DNA of 64,000 nt, from positions 2,304,001-2,368,000 of the forward strand of contig OZ241867.1 in assembly GCA_965203175.1 (NCBI GenBank). The letters are read 5' to 3'. Origin of the DNA: Candidatus Latescibacterota bacterium. Lineage in GTDB: Bacteria; Latescibacterota; UBA2968; UBA8231. Below, in pieces: positions 28,268 to 39,468 of the stretch (positions are counted from its first letter, which is position 1; the number at the start of each line of letters is the position of its first letter). Position numbers and translations under genes: made by a program. The notes under the pieces were generated by a model, which was not told where the DNA came from, searched no databases, and saw only the letters and a program-made list of their open reading frames with translations.

Positions 28268-29479
28268 ATGAACCGATCGTCGCGTTTTGCGCGCACCACC
28301 GCTGACTTAGACCTCAGTGCCCTGCTCAACCCGCTGCGCAAATCTTTTTGGCTGTCGCTGGGAATCGCCGTCCTTCTGAACGCGGTCTTGGTTCTGCTCA
28401 ATCCCTTCCAGCAGCAGGCTGAAAAAGCGCCCCGGCCGCTAACCACCAAATTCGTCAAACGCCAGCCGCGCCTGACCAAGGCGCTGGAATTGCGCAAGAT
28501 TCCCCAACGCAAGCGCCCGATGATCCGCCGCCAAGTGCGCGCTGTCGCCGCCCGCATGGATCAGGTGCAAGCTACTGCGGCATTCTCCACGCGCGCGATC
28601 ATCGCTCGTTCGACTGGCATCGCGAATGTGCTCCAAGTTGGCCAGGGCAACCCACAGATGCTTCAGGCGGCGCTGGAACCAGTCGTGAGGGTAACCGCGA
28701 ATGTAGGGATCAGCCGCATGTCCGAGCACAAAATCGACATGGGCTTGGAGATGCTGGATGTCGATGCCATGGATACGGGCCGCTACCGCGCCTTGGTGAT
28801 ACAGGATCCCAACGACAAGCAGGGGCTCAAGGGCTTTGTCAAATTCGCCCGCGTGGTCTCAGCCACGTATATGGCCGAAACCCAGACCAATGTCGTCGAT
28901 GGCGGGCTCAACAATCGGGAAATCGACGTCCTGCGCGATATGCTCAACGAGTGGACCGGCTTGCGCACCGAGTTCGTCGGTAGCTTTACCTTTGATGACG
29001 ACCGCTTTCTAACGGTGCCGATCGTCATTCCCCAAGGCGAGCCCAATGAAAACGAGTTGGACAATCTGGCGCGCTACCTGCTGGCGGGGGGCTTTGTCAT
29101 GGCCGAGCAATTCGACTTTGAGGGATTTTGGACCGAGGCCCTGGAAAAGTACGGGGGGCTGATCAAGGGGCGCGATTTTTATACCGAACGCCTGCGGGAA
29201 GACCATCCGATATTCACGGCCTATTTTGACTTAGGGGACGGTGTCGCGCAGGGTGCCTCGCGGTTTGACGATCCGTACTACTGGAATGTGGTGAAGGGCT
29301 TGTACGTCAAGGGGCGGCTGGTGGCCGTACCTCGGGCCAACTCGGGTATTGGGGGGTATATGGGCTTTGCCGCCGAACGCGATGCGACCCGCATACTACA
29401 GTTTGCGGTCAATACCGTAATCTACGCACTGACTCAAGAGGGGTCCATGACACAGCGGTTGATGCAGATTGTCCACTGA
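28268..29479 (+). CDS. DUF4159 domain membrane-anchored protein
   Basis: N-terminal TM; NLARYLLAGGFV, HPIFTAYFD, GRLVA, VNTVIYALTQEG. Confidence 0.75.
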   Translation: MNRSSRFARTTADLDLSALLNPLRKSFWLSLGIAVLLNAVLVLLNPFQQQAEKAPRPLTTKFVKRQPRLTKALELRKIPQRKRPMIRRQVRAVAARMDQVQATAAFSTRAIIARSTGIANVLQVGQGNPQMLQAALEPVVRVTANVGISRMSEHKIDMGLEMLDVDAMDTGRYRALVIQDPNDKQGLKGFVKFARVVSATYMAETQTNVVDGGLNNREIDVLRDMLNEWTGLRTEFVGSFTFDDDRFLTVPIVIPQGEPNENELDNLARYLLAGGFVMAEQFDFEGFWTEALEKYGGLIKGRDFYTERLREDHPIFTAYFDLGDGVAQGASRFDDPYYWNVVKGLYVKGRLVAVPRANSGIGGYMGFAAERDATRILQFAVNTVIYALTQEGSMTQRLMQIVH

Positions 29480-29534
29480 GCAGAGAGCCGTTACTTTGGG
29501 CAGGCCTGTTTCTTTTCGATCACTAGGAGGTGAT

Positions 29535-30482
29535 ATGCCGACGATTCAGGACCACATCTCTCTCGACGCACTCACCGAAGGCACCTTGAGCACGCTGAAG
29601 GCGATCGGCGTCGACGACATTGCCGTCATGCATCCAACGCCGCCCGAGCCTAGAGAAGACCAATCCCCGCTGTGGCGCGATGTGCGCCGCACGGTGGAAG
29701 CCCACGGCATGCGGTTTTTCAACATTGGCCTGCGGCCGCACCCCTCGATCACGCTGGGCCGCGATGGCCGGGACGAGCACATCGAAAGGTGGTGCGCTCT
29801 CATCCGCAGCTTGGGCGCGGCGGGTGTGCCGAGCCTGACGTACAATTTTCGCGGCATTGGCAACTTCCGCACGGAATCGGCCGTGGGGCGCGGCGGTGCC
29901 CGCTACAGCACGTTCGACTTTGCCGAGTTCCAGGCCAATCCCCAGTTGCATCCCGATCAGCAGATTGCGGAGGGCGCCCTGCGCGCCAATTTGCGCTACT
30001 TCATGGAGCGCATCACACCGGTGGCCGAGGAGTGCGAGGTGCGTCTGATGATGCATCCCGACGACCCGCCGCGCCACGATCCATTGGGCGGGGCCGCGCG
30101 CGTGCTGTCGTCGCTGGATGACTTTGAGCGCCTCTTTGAACTGGTGCCGAGCAAGGCCAATGCGATGTTGTTCTGCCAGGGATGCGTGGCCGAGATGGGC
30201 GAGGACATCCCGACGGCCATCCGCCGCATGGCCGGCCTCGGCAAAATCGGCACCGTGCACTTCCGCAATATCCGCGGCGGACCCGCGCGCTTTGAAGAGG
30301 TATTCCTCGACGAGGGCGACGCGGATATGTACGCCATGATGCGGGTTTACGCCGAAGTCGGGTACGACGGGCCGTTCATGCTCGACCACACGCCGGGTTT
30401 GCAGGACGCGTCGGCGGCTTGGGCCGGCCGGGCCTACGCCATTGGTTTCATTCGGGCGACGATGCAGGCGGCGTACCGCTGA
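29535..30482 (+). CDS. uxuA: Mannonate dehydratase family
   Basis: YNF, HPDDPP, FCQG, VHFRN, DEGDADM, DHTP, YAIG. Confidence 0.85.
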   Translation: MPTIQDHISLDALTEGTLSTLKAIGVDDIAVMHPTPPEPREDQSPLWRDVRRTVEAHGMRFFNIGLRPHPSITLGRDGRDEHIERWCALIRSLGAAGVPSLTYNFRGIGNFRTESAVGRGGARYSTFDFAEFQANPQLHPDQQIAEGALRANLRYFMERITPVAEECEVRLMMHPDDPPRHDPLGGAARVLSSLDDFERLFELVPSKANAMLFCQGCVAEMGEDIPTAIRRMAGLGKIGTVHFRNIRGGPARFEEVFLDEGDADMYAMMRVYAEVGYDGPFMLDHTPGLQDASAAWAGRAYAIGFIRATMQAAYR

Positions 30483-30544
30483 GGTCGAGCAGCTAGGACT
30501 GGGGTACCCGCGTACATCCCCATTTGATCGCGGGCAGAGATTCT

Positions 30545-32509
30545 TCACATAATCGACACTTCGTTGCCCCGCACACCGGGATCTATTAGCGCGTAGATGA
30601 TGATCCACAGGCCGGCCACCGTCGCCTCACCGAGAATCAGGCCCAAAAAGAACGGCCGCAGCGTCTTGAACAGCGCAATCCCGCCATATTTCAAGATGAG
30701 GGACTTGAGCAGCCAGGTCAGAAACACCGCGAACCAGATGTGACTCGTCAGCCACCCGATGCTGATGACGTAGCCGACCGGGTGCAAGGGCCACCAGTAG
30801 AATCGATGCTGGCCGAGTACGAGGACGGCCTCGATCACGCCGCCGATGCCGGTAAATACCAAGCCGCGCACATCGGGCAAGGTCGGGTTGAGCAAGGGGC
30901 GCGCCATGTCCGTAAAGGTGCGCACCGCCTGCTTTGTCATGAAGAAGGAATTGAGATTGATGCCGCCGTGCTCGTAGCACAAGTAGAGGATGACCCATGT
31001 CGCGCCGGCGAGACTGCAAAGCAAGGCGACGATCATTCCCCAGAACAGGCGGCGCTTTGATCCAGGCACGATCTCGCTCAGCTTGAGGGCGTTGGCGCAG
31101 GCGATCATTGGAAACACCCGCATCTCCGACTGCCACACATAAGTGAAGGTCAAGGCCACCAGTCCCTGGGTGCCAATGGCGGACGTCCCAACCGTCGAGA
31201 TCGCAAAGAAAGCCGCCACCATCGGGGCTCTCGCCGTGGCCACGCCGGCGGTGGCCACCACCCGGGTGATCATGAGGTAAAAGATCAGACAGGCCGCCAG
31301 AAACAGCGGCAGAACGACGGGGGGAATACCTGAGTACCACAGCCAAGCACCGGCGAAGGTCAAGCTGCCGACGAACCCGAAGAAAGCGACGCGGTAGGAG
31401 AGCAACTCCTCGGTGTCGTCCACGCGCGGGTCGTTGTGCCACGCGCGGTGCCACACGTCCTTGAAATGACGGCGGCCGGCCCACAGCGCAAACAGCACAA
31501 AGACGATGCAGGCTCCCATTTGCTGGTGGGTCAAATCTGCGCTTTGCGACTGAGAGTAGAGGCTTAGCTGCTCGGTGCTGTCAATACCGACGGTGGTGAA
31601 CAATCCTTCCTGCACCTTGCCCAGCAGGTAGAAGAACCAGATGCTGAACAGGATCTCTAGGCTGACCAGATAGAAAAACCCCACCCAGGCGAAGTCGAAC
31701 CAGAACGGGACGTAGACCGAGTCGCGGAAGAAGTGGATCACCGAGAAGAAATAGGGCATCCGCGGGATGAAGGGGAAGTAGGTATTGAGTCCCGACAGAC
31801 TGAGCAAGGTAAAGGGCACGAAAAACCCCAGCCACATGACGCGGCTCCTGAAAAACGGACCGAGGAGTCGCCGCGCTCCGCTATTGCTTTCGATCAGCTG
31901 TAGGGGTAGCTGTACCATCGGATAGGCGAGCCGCTCGTTGACCGACCACTGGCGGTGCAGCATCGTACTCAGGCAGATCATCATGAAGCTGATCGCCATG
32001 AAGAACAAGTACCAGGCTCCGAGTGGCTCAATCCACGCCTCCCACGGAATCGGTGCCCCCGCAGGCAAGCCCTCGTGGAGATCCTTCACCATCTGGAAGT
32101 CCTTGGGTGCCACCCAGTCGGGGGTGTGAGTTGCGAAGAGTTCGACCCAGTTGTTCTCGGGCGTGGCGTAGTAGACCAGCCCGCTGATGACGGGGATCAG
32201 GTAGCCGACAAAGGCTTGGGTGGGTACGGTGGCGGCCAGCAGGGCCATGACGTAGGCCATGACGAGGTCGGCCTTGCTCAGCGCTAGTTGCCGCCCGATT
32301 GCGCCCAGCAGTGCATTGACAAAGATCGCCAAGATGAACAGCAGGAAGATGGCCGCTGGCAGAGAACTGTTGCGCGCTAGATCGGCACCACCGACGAGCA
32401 GTACGGCGTAGGGCACGCCGGTCCCCACCAAGAGCGACAGCAAGATGCCGGCCACCAGGCCCTTATAGGTGAACGGACTCGGGCTCTTGGGCGACGTGGA
32501 GTTAGACAT
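30545..32509 (-). CDS. Polytopic membrane protein (DUF6785/DUF6784, OPT-like transporter)
   Basis: YYATPENNW, QWSVNERLAYP, WWPLHPVGY, PFFLGLILGE. Confidence 0.8.
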   Translation of the reverse strand: MSNSTSPKSPSPFTYKGLVAGILLSLLVGTGVPYAVLLVGGADLARNSSLPAAIFLLFILAIFVNALLGAIGRQLALSKADLVMAYVMALLAATVPTQAFVGYLIPVISGLVYYATPENNWVELFATHTPDWVAPKDFQMVKDLHEGLPAGAPIPWEAWIEPLGAWYLFFMAISFMMICLSTMLHRQWSVNERLAYPMVQLPLQLIESNSGARRLLGPFFRSRVMWLGFFVPFTLLSLSGLNTYFPFIPRMPYFFSVIHFFRDSVYVPFWFDFAWVGFFYLVSLEILFSIWFFYLLGKVQEGLFTTVGIDSTEQLSLYSQSQSADLTHQQMGACIVFVLFALWAGRRHFKDVWHRAWHNDPRVDDTEELLSYRVAFFGFVGSLTFAGAWLWYSGIPPVVLPLFLAACLIFYLMITRVVATAGVATARAPMVAAFFAISTVGTSAIGTQGLVALTFTYVWQSEMRVFPMIACANALKLSEIVPGSKRRLFWGMIVALLCSLAGATWVILYLCYEHGGINLNSFFMTKQAVRTFTDMARPLLNPTLPDVRGLVFTGIGGVIEAVLVLGQHRFYWWPLHPVGYVISIGWLTSHIWFAVFLTWLLKSLILKYGGIALFKTLRPFFLGLILGEATVAGLWIIIYALIDPGVRGNEVSIM

Positions 32510-32581
32510 CCTTGTACGGACCTCAGTTGCCTAGCGCCTGAAGTGTTGGCCGTCAGGTCAAACAACCCATGCGCTACTCGC

Positions 32582-34216
<1,635 letters not shown>

Positions 34217-34234
34217 TAAATGGTGCTCCTTGTG

Positions 34235-35284
34235 CTAAACGCTTGGTAGGACGGCTCCGACCCGCTGAGCGCAATCTAGGATTTGCCGCCAAGTTTCTTC
34301 TTCGACCGTTACGCCGGCCTGCCGCCGCTGTCGCTCTTGCTTTTCCAGCTCTCCGGGCAGCAGGATGGCATCGACGCCCTCGGCTTTGGGCGAGGCCCGC
34401 AAATAGGTCGCGAACGCCCGCACTTGGGCCGCGTACTCGGCGAACGGCTGAAAGCGCCCAATGTCGATGACCAGCAAGAAGCAGCCGTTGCCGATCCGCG
34501 CCTTCCGGCCCCGCGCACAACCCGCCCCGCTCAGCGCCCCGCCCAACAGCTCCACTACTACCCCGAGCCCGTAGCCCTTGTAGCCCATGAGGCCGCCAAA
34601 GGGCAAGAGGTTGCCGCGCGGCTCGTCGTAAAAGTCCGCGGGATCCGTCGATGGCTGGCCAGCCGCGTCGATGATCCATCCCTCGGGGACCGGCTCGCCG
34701 CGATTGCGCTTGACCCGCACCTTGCCCTCGGCCACCACGCTGGTCGTGATGTCCAGCACGAGTGCGCCGCCTTCTCCGTCGGGCCAGCCACCTGCCAGCG
34801 GGTTGGTGCCCAAGCGCCCGGCGATGCCACCCCAAGGGGCCACGCCAGCGCCAGCGCCGTGCGAGTTGGCGCAGAGCAGGCCGATCATGTTGGCTTCGGC
34901 GATGTGCTCCACATAGCTGCCGAGGCGACCGATGTGGTTGGCGTTTTTGACGGTTATAGCTGCGACTCCGCAGTTGCCAGCGCGTTCCAAGCCCATTTCC
35001 ACCGCTTGGTTCATCACGACTTGGCCAAATCCCCAGTGCCCGTCGAGCACGGCCGCCGCGGTTGTCTGGCGCACGATTTCGACCTCGGCGTGGGGGACGA
35101 TCTCCCCCTTTTCAATGGTGCTTATGTACTGGGGAATGCGGATGACGCCGTGCGAATCGTGTCCCACGGCATTGGCGTCGGCCAGCAGCTTGGCGACGAC
35201 ATCGGCTGCCTTGGGTGGCGCGCCGGCTGCGCCGAAGATGGCTGCGCCGACTTGGCGCAGGTGTTCAATGGAAAATACGGGCAT
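34235..35284 (-). CDS. Ldh_2 (type 2 malate/lactate dehydrogenase) family oxidoreductase
   Basis: GHDSHGV, NHIGRLG, GTNP, DITTS, GYKGYGL. Confidence 0.92.
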   Translation of the reverse strand: MPVFSIEHLRQVGAAIFGAAGAPPKAADVVAKLLADANAVGHDSHGVIRIPQYISTIEKGEIVPHAEVEIVRQTTAAAVLDGHWGFGQVVMNQAVEMGLERAGNCGVAAITVKNANHIGRLGSYVEHIAEANMIGLLCANSHGAGAGVAPWGGIAGRLGTNPLAGGWPDGEGGALVLDITTSVVAEGKVRVKRNRGEPVPEGWIIDAAGQPSTDPADFYDEPRGNLLPFGGLMGYKGYGLGVVVELLGGALSGAGCARGRKARIGNGCFLLVIDIGRFQPFAEYAAQVRAFATYLRASPKAEGVDAILLPGELEKQERQRRQAGVTVEEETWRQILDCAQRVGAVLPSV

Positions 35285-35289
35285 GGAGT

Positions 35290-36750
35290 TTATCGGGGTA
35301 TAGACGCCGCCAGTACTGCCAGCAGGTCTTGCGCCTGCTCCTCGGAGAGTTTGGCCCGCCGTCGCGCTTTGTCAATTAGGGTTTCGGAACTAGCGACCTT
35401 GCCCTCGGTGTATATCTTTAGGGCCTCGCGGCAGAGCGATTGCACTAAGCGGATAGCTTTGTCGCCATCCACGCCGACCTCGGCGGCGGCATTGGCGATT
35501 TGCTCCTGCAGCCGCCCTTGCTCTAGGTCGGTGAGCGTCTTGGCCAGCAGTTTTTGCAAGAGATGTTGTGCCTGCGCCCGCCAAGTCCCCGCGTATTCGG
35601 CTAGGTCCATGACAATCCCGTCGGTGCGGGCATTAATGCGGTCCGCGGTCAGGCGCGCCAGCGAATGAGTCAATCTGTAATAGAGAGAATCTACTTGGCC
35701 CAGCGACACCTCGTCGTCGTCGTTGAGCGCACGCACCCAATCCGGCGCTGGCTTCCTCTTCGCCAACAACGACCAGTTCTTCCGCGACTTAAGGGCTGGT
35801 GCCGACGCAGTTTGCACGGCTTCTTGTGGCTTTCTCGCGGTCGTTATCGTGCCAGAATCTCTGCTAGCTGCCTTAGTTGGAATTTCTCGCTGTGCGACCG
35901 GACTTTTCTCAACGGCAACCGAGTCTTGCACATCCGGATCCTTCGCTTCATCTGGTTTCTGCTGGACCACCTTCGGCACGGTAATCTCCCGCTTCTTCTC
36001 CGCGATCTCCGCGATGACCTGCTGCTTGGGGGGTAGCAGGCGCAACCCCGAAGGCTGCCCCTTGAGCTGCACCTTGCCCTGCCACCAGATCCACTTGTTG
36101 CTCTGCCGCACTTTGTCGCGCAGTTCCTCGGTGGGATGGTCGGAATCCGGCAGCAGGAAGAGCGCGTCGAGCACCATGTCGGGCTGGGGATAGAAGCCCA
36201 GCCAGCGCCAGGGAATGCCCACTTCAAAGGTGTAGAGCTGATCGCGCAGTGCCCCTCCGGCTTTCACGGGCGCGAGCTCTGTGGGTTTTCTGCGCTGCAT
36301 GTTCCCCCACAGATAAGGTGTGCCGTTGGTCGGACTCAGCCAGATGGTATGTCCCAAGGGCTTCTCGGGGCCGCGCAAGAAAATTTTCAGGTGATCGTAG
36401 TAAAACATCGCGTCTTTGCGCTCCCCGGATGGGCCGCGCCATTCGCTTTCGTCGGGGGGAATCTGTTGGGCATCTACGATATCGTCAACTACTGCGGCTG
36501 CTACGTACACGTAGTCGGCGTCCCACATCAGATAGAGATCGGCCTCGTGATCCGACGAGCCAGTAAAGGCCCCGCGCACGCCCACGCGCTCGCTGCCGGG
36601 GACTAGGCCGATGCGCTCGGGTGCTCCCCACTCGACCAATATGCCGTCGAGGATAGGCTTGGAAGTCGCGGGTACCACGGCGACCGGCTCGGCACCGCCA
36701 GCTCCCACGGCCATCAGGCTCGCCCACGCGGCCCAAACAGCGCGCCGCAT
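35290..36750 (-). CDS. Exported protein with CBM9/DOMON-like domain and helical C-terminus
   Basis: Signal peptide; LDGILVEW, LMWDADYVYVAAAVVDD, YTFEVGIPW; TAATG overlap with the deaminase stop. Confidence 0.65.
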   Translation of the reverse strand: MRRAVWAAWASLMAVGAGGAEPVAVVPATSKPILDGILVEWGAPERIGLVPGSERVGVRGAFTGSSDHEADLYLMWDADYVYVAAAVVDDIVDAQQIPPDESEWRGPSGERKDAMFYYDHLKIFLRGPEKPLGHTIWLSPTNGTPYLWGNMQRRKPTELAPVKAGGALRDQLYTFEVGIPWRWLGFYPQPDMVLDALFLLPDSDHPTEELRDKVRQSNKWIWWQGKVQLKGQPSGLRLLPPKQQVIAEIAEKKREITVPKVVQQKPDEAKDPDVQDSVAVEKSPVAQREIPTKAASRDSGTITTARKPQEAVQTASAPALKSRKNWSLLAKRKPAPDWVRALNDDDEVSLGQVDSLYYRLTHSLARLTADRINARTDGIVMDLAEYAGTWRAQAQHLLQKLLAKTLTDLEQGRLQEQIANAAAEVGVDGDKAIRLVQSLCREALKIYTEGKVASSETLIDKARRRAKLSEEQAQDLLAVLAASIPR

Positions 36751-37292
36751 TACTCGTCTTGGCGCAAGGAGGAGACGGCCCAAGCAGCGTCTGGGTCGTC
36801 CATGGCCACGGCCCGCACGCCGCCCGGCACAAAGGACAACAGCTCGTCGTAGCTGGCCTGCCGCTCGGCGTCGGGATAGATCCAATCGTGTAGGTAATAC
36901 ACCGCGTGTATCTTGGCTTGGAGGATTTCTTTGGCACAGCCAAAACAAGGCCGCATCGTCGAATACAGCAGCGCTCCTTCGGTGGCGATCCCAAAGCGCG
37001 CCGCCGATAGCAGCGCGTTCTGCTCGGCGTGGACGCAGATGCACAAATCGTAGTCCTTGCCCGAAGCGTACTGGTCGCGGCGAGTGCAGCGGTCGCAGCC
37101 GCCGTCGAGGCAGTTGACCATGTTGTGCGGGGTGCCGTTGTAGCCGGTCGAAATGATCCGGTCGTTTTGCACCAAGATCGCCCCAATGCGGTTGCCCGTG
37201 CAGTTGGCGCGCGCCCGGACGGCCATGGCGATGCGCATGTAGTACTCGTCCCAATCGGGCCGCTCGAACACAGTGCTTCCCATCCTCGACAT
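36750..37292 (-). CDS. dCMP deaminase family
   Basis: RPDWDEYYM, STGYNG, HAEQNA, PCFGC. Confidence 0.93.
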   Translation of the reverse strand: MSRMGSTVFERPDWDEYYMRIAMAVRARANCTGNRIGAILVQNDRIISTGYNGTPHNMVNCLDGGCDRCTRRDQYASGKDYDLCICVHAEQNALLSAARFGIATEGALLYSTMRPCFGCAKEILQAKIHAVYYLHDWIYPDAERQASYDELLSFVPGGVRAVAMDDPDAAWAVSSLRQDE

Positions 37293-37401
37293 GATTGCTC
37301 AGTCACCTAAGCTATTTCGTGCAAATGGTGCGGAATGCGGGTTGGTCGGAGAATAGTACGACTGCTCTTGTAGCGGGTCAACCGCGACATAGTAGGGATG
37401 A

Positions 37402-39468
37402 TCAATAAGCCAACCCCACTGGGATGAGTCTCTTGATTACCTCGGCCTCCCCCTCGACTTCGAGCCCGAGCAGGTAGAGGCCCGTCGGCAAAAGTGTCCC
37501 GCTGTTGTCGCGGCCATCCCAACGAATGCGCTGTAGGCCCGACTTCTGGCTGCCTATCGCCAGCGTGGCGACTTTGCGGCCGTCGAGCGCGTGGATATTC
37601 AGCCGGGTGGCCACGGTACGGGGCAGCCCTAAGAGAGTATACTCGATTTTCAGCAGGTCGTTGATGCCGTCGCCGTTGGGCGTGACGACCGCGGTAGAGA
37701 GGCGCAGGTCGCGGATCTTTTCGGCCTGAGTGGTCGAGGAAGCAAGGACGCGCAGAGTACTAGTGGCAATGTCGTCGCCGACGTCGCCACCCCGCAGGGG
37801 CTGAGGTAGGCTCTGGCGCTGGCTGTCGAGAACTTCGCCGTCGAAGGTCCAGGCAAAGTCGAAGACCTCGGCGGCGAAAATGACGCGGATCAACTCGTTG
37901 CGCCCGGCGTTCAGGTGCTCCGGCAAGCGTATCGTCAATCCGTCTGCGCTTTCGACTACCTCGCTCGCTTCGACCTGTTGCAAAGGGATGCCCATTTCGA
38001 GGTGCTTGAACGCGGGCGGTCCGCCGGTGCGGATGTGCAGCGCGTCGAAGCCGGTGTCGCCAGCGGAAACTTCCGCTTTGACATCGTAGACGAACTCCGT
38101 CATCGCGCCCATTTCTACTTCGGCAACGCCGCGCAGAGGCTGCGGGTCGTCCAACCGGGCCACTTCGCCGATGACCGAAGTAGCCAAAGTTGGCGAGGTT
38201 TCAATCCACAGGGAATCGAGCCGCACGAAGGCAGCGAAATCCTCGCTGTTCAGCAAGATTTTTAGCTGTAGATGGGAGCCGGACCGCAAGCCGAGCGTTT
38301 GGCCCGACTCCAACGTCGGGACTGACCAGAAAGTCCAGTTGTCTTGGTCGTATTCGATTCCAGCGCGAATTCCCGGTTTGGGGCGCGTCGTCAGCGTCAA
38401 GGCTCCCCCTTGCCCATCGTTGACGTTGACCGCCCCCCTCGGGTTTTTGAGCACGTCCTGGTAGCGTTGCTGCGACACTGAGACGCGGGTGCCCATGTCG
38501 GTGAACTCGTAGTAGATGTCCGGCTTGGGGTCAATGCCAGTGCGCGCCTCGACTTGGATTGAGACGGGGGCATCGGCGGCCTCCACCGGCTCGCCATCCA
38601 CCATTCGCAGCGGGGTCGCCGACCAAGAGAAACGACCGAAGTTGACCTTCTGCCCTAAGTCGAATATCCGCGTCTTGTACACTGCACGCAGGGGAACACC
38701 CTCGCCGAAGATTTCGAAATCGCCGATGGTGCCTCGATAGGCTTGGCCCTTGGCCCAAATTTCCTGTGAGGATATTTGCAATGCCTCGATCTGTGCAGCT
38801 TCGAGCGAGCGCGAGAGCCGGCGGATATAGCGGGCGAAGCGCACGTACTGGCGGGGAAACTGGTGCCGCACGACGGGACGGAAATTCTCCTGCACGTCGG
38901 CGATCTGCCGCCATTCGTTCGGGTTGTGGGCGGCGATGTAGAGTTCGTAGGCGGGTACGACATCTTCGCGCAGACTGTTGCCGTCCGAGCGGTATCCCTG
39001 CGAGGGCGTGTAGAATCCGAAGGAGAAGACGGGCACTGGCACGGCTAGGTCGAAGGTAAAGGTGCGGCCGTCGGGACTGGCACCCGACGAGGGCGCGAGA
39101 TAGGACGTGCTGTCGCCGTCCACCAAGCGCAAATTGCCAGACACTCGCGGTCTTTCGCCGTCGACGTAGCCCAGTTCGCGGGGAGTCCAACTGCCCCAGT
39201 TAGTCAAATAGGAGAAGACGGAGCGGTCGGGCTGTATGTAGACGGGCTGTATCGCGCCAGGCGTGGTCGTCTCATCGATGAGAATGGCGACCGAGTCGTG
39301 TTCGGCCCACTCCAAGCCGCTACCGCCTATCTGCCACAAGTCAATGTCAGCTTCTGCCGTGGTGACCCAAGAGGCGACCAGCCACAGCAAGATGAGCGCA
39401 TAGGTCATATGATTCCTATGGCTGAGTGCCCGGCAGGTAGTCAGGCGTTGGGTTGGTTTCGTGTCCAT
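37402..39468 (-). CDS. Exported protein with C-terminal FlgD-Ig domain
   Basis: Signal peptide; TPNGDGIND, WDGRDNSG..GLY; start 39468 or 39408. Confidence 0.8.
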   Translation of the reverse strand: MDTKPTQRLTTCRALSHRNHMTYALILLWLVASWVTTAEADIDLWQIGGSGLEWAEHDSVAILIDETTTPGAIQPVYIQPDRSVFSYLTNWGSWTPRELGYVDGERPRVSGNLRLVDGDSTSYLAPSSGASPDGRTFTFDLAVPVPVFSFGFYTPSQGYRSDGNSLREDVVPAYELYIAAHNPNEWRQIADVQENFRPVVRHQFPRQYVRFARYIRRLSRSLEAAQIEALQISSQEIWAKGQAYRGTIGDFEIFGEGVPLRAVYKTRIFDLGQKVNFGRFSWSATPLRMVDGEPVEAADAPVSIQVEARTGIDPKPDIYYEFTDMGTRVSVSQQRYQDVLKNPRGAVNVNDGQGGALTLTTRPKPGIRAGIEYDQDNWTFWSVPTLESGQTLGLRSGSHLQLKILLNSEDFAAFVRLDSLWIETSPTLATSVIGEVARLDDPQPLRGVAEVEMGAMTEFVYDVKAEVSAGDTGFDALHIRTGGPPAFKHLEMGIPLQQVEASEVVESADGLTIRLPEHLNAGRNELIRVIFAAEVFDFAWTFDGEVLDSQRQSLPQPLRGGDVGDDIATSTLRVLASSTTQAEKIRDLRLSTAVVTPNGDGINDLLKIEYTLLGLPRTVATRLNIHALDGRKVATLAIGSQKSGLQRIRWDGRDNSGTLLPTGLYLLGLEVEGEAEVIKRLIPVGLAY

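Noticed and set aside
29523-30608. 361-aa antisense ORF
   Set aside because: Antisense shadow of uxuA with no motifs
36751-37254. N-terminal extension making a 654-aa protein
   Set aside because: Overlaps the dCMP deaminase in another frame; the signal peptide starts at ATG 36750
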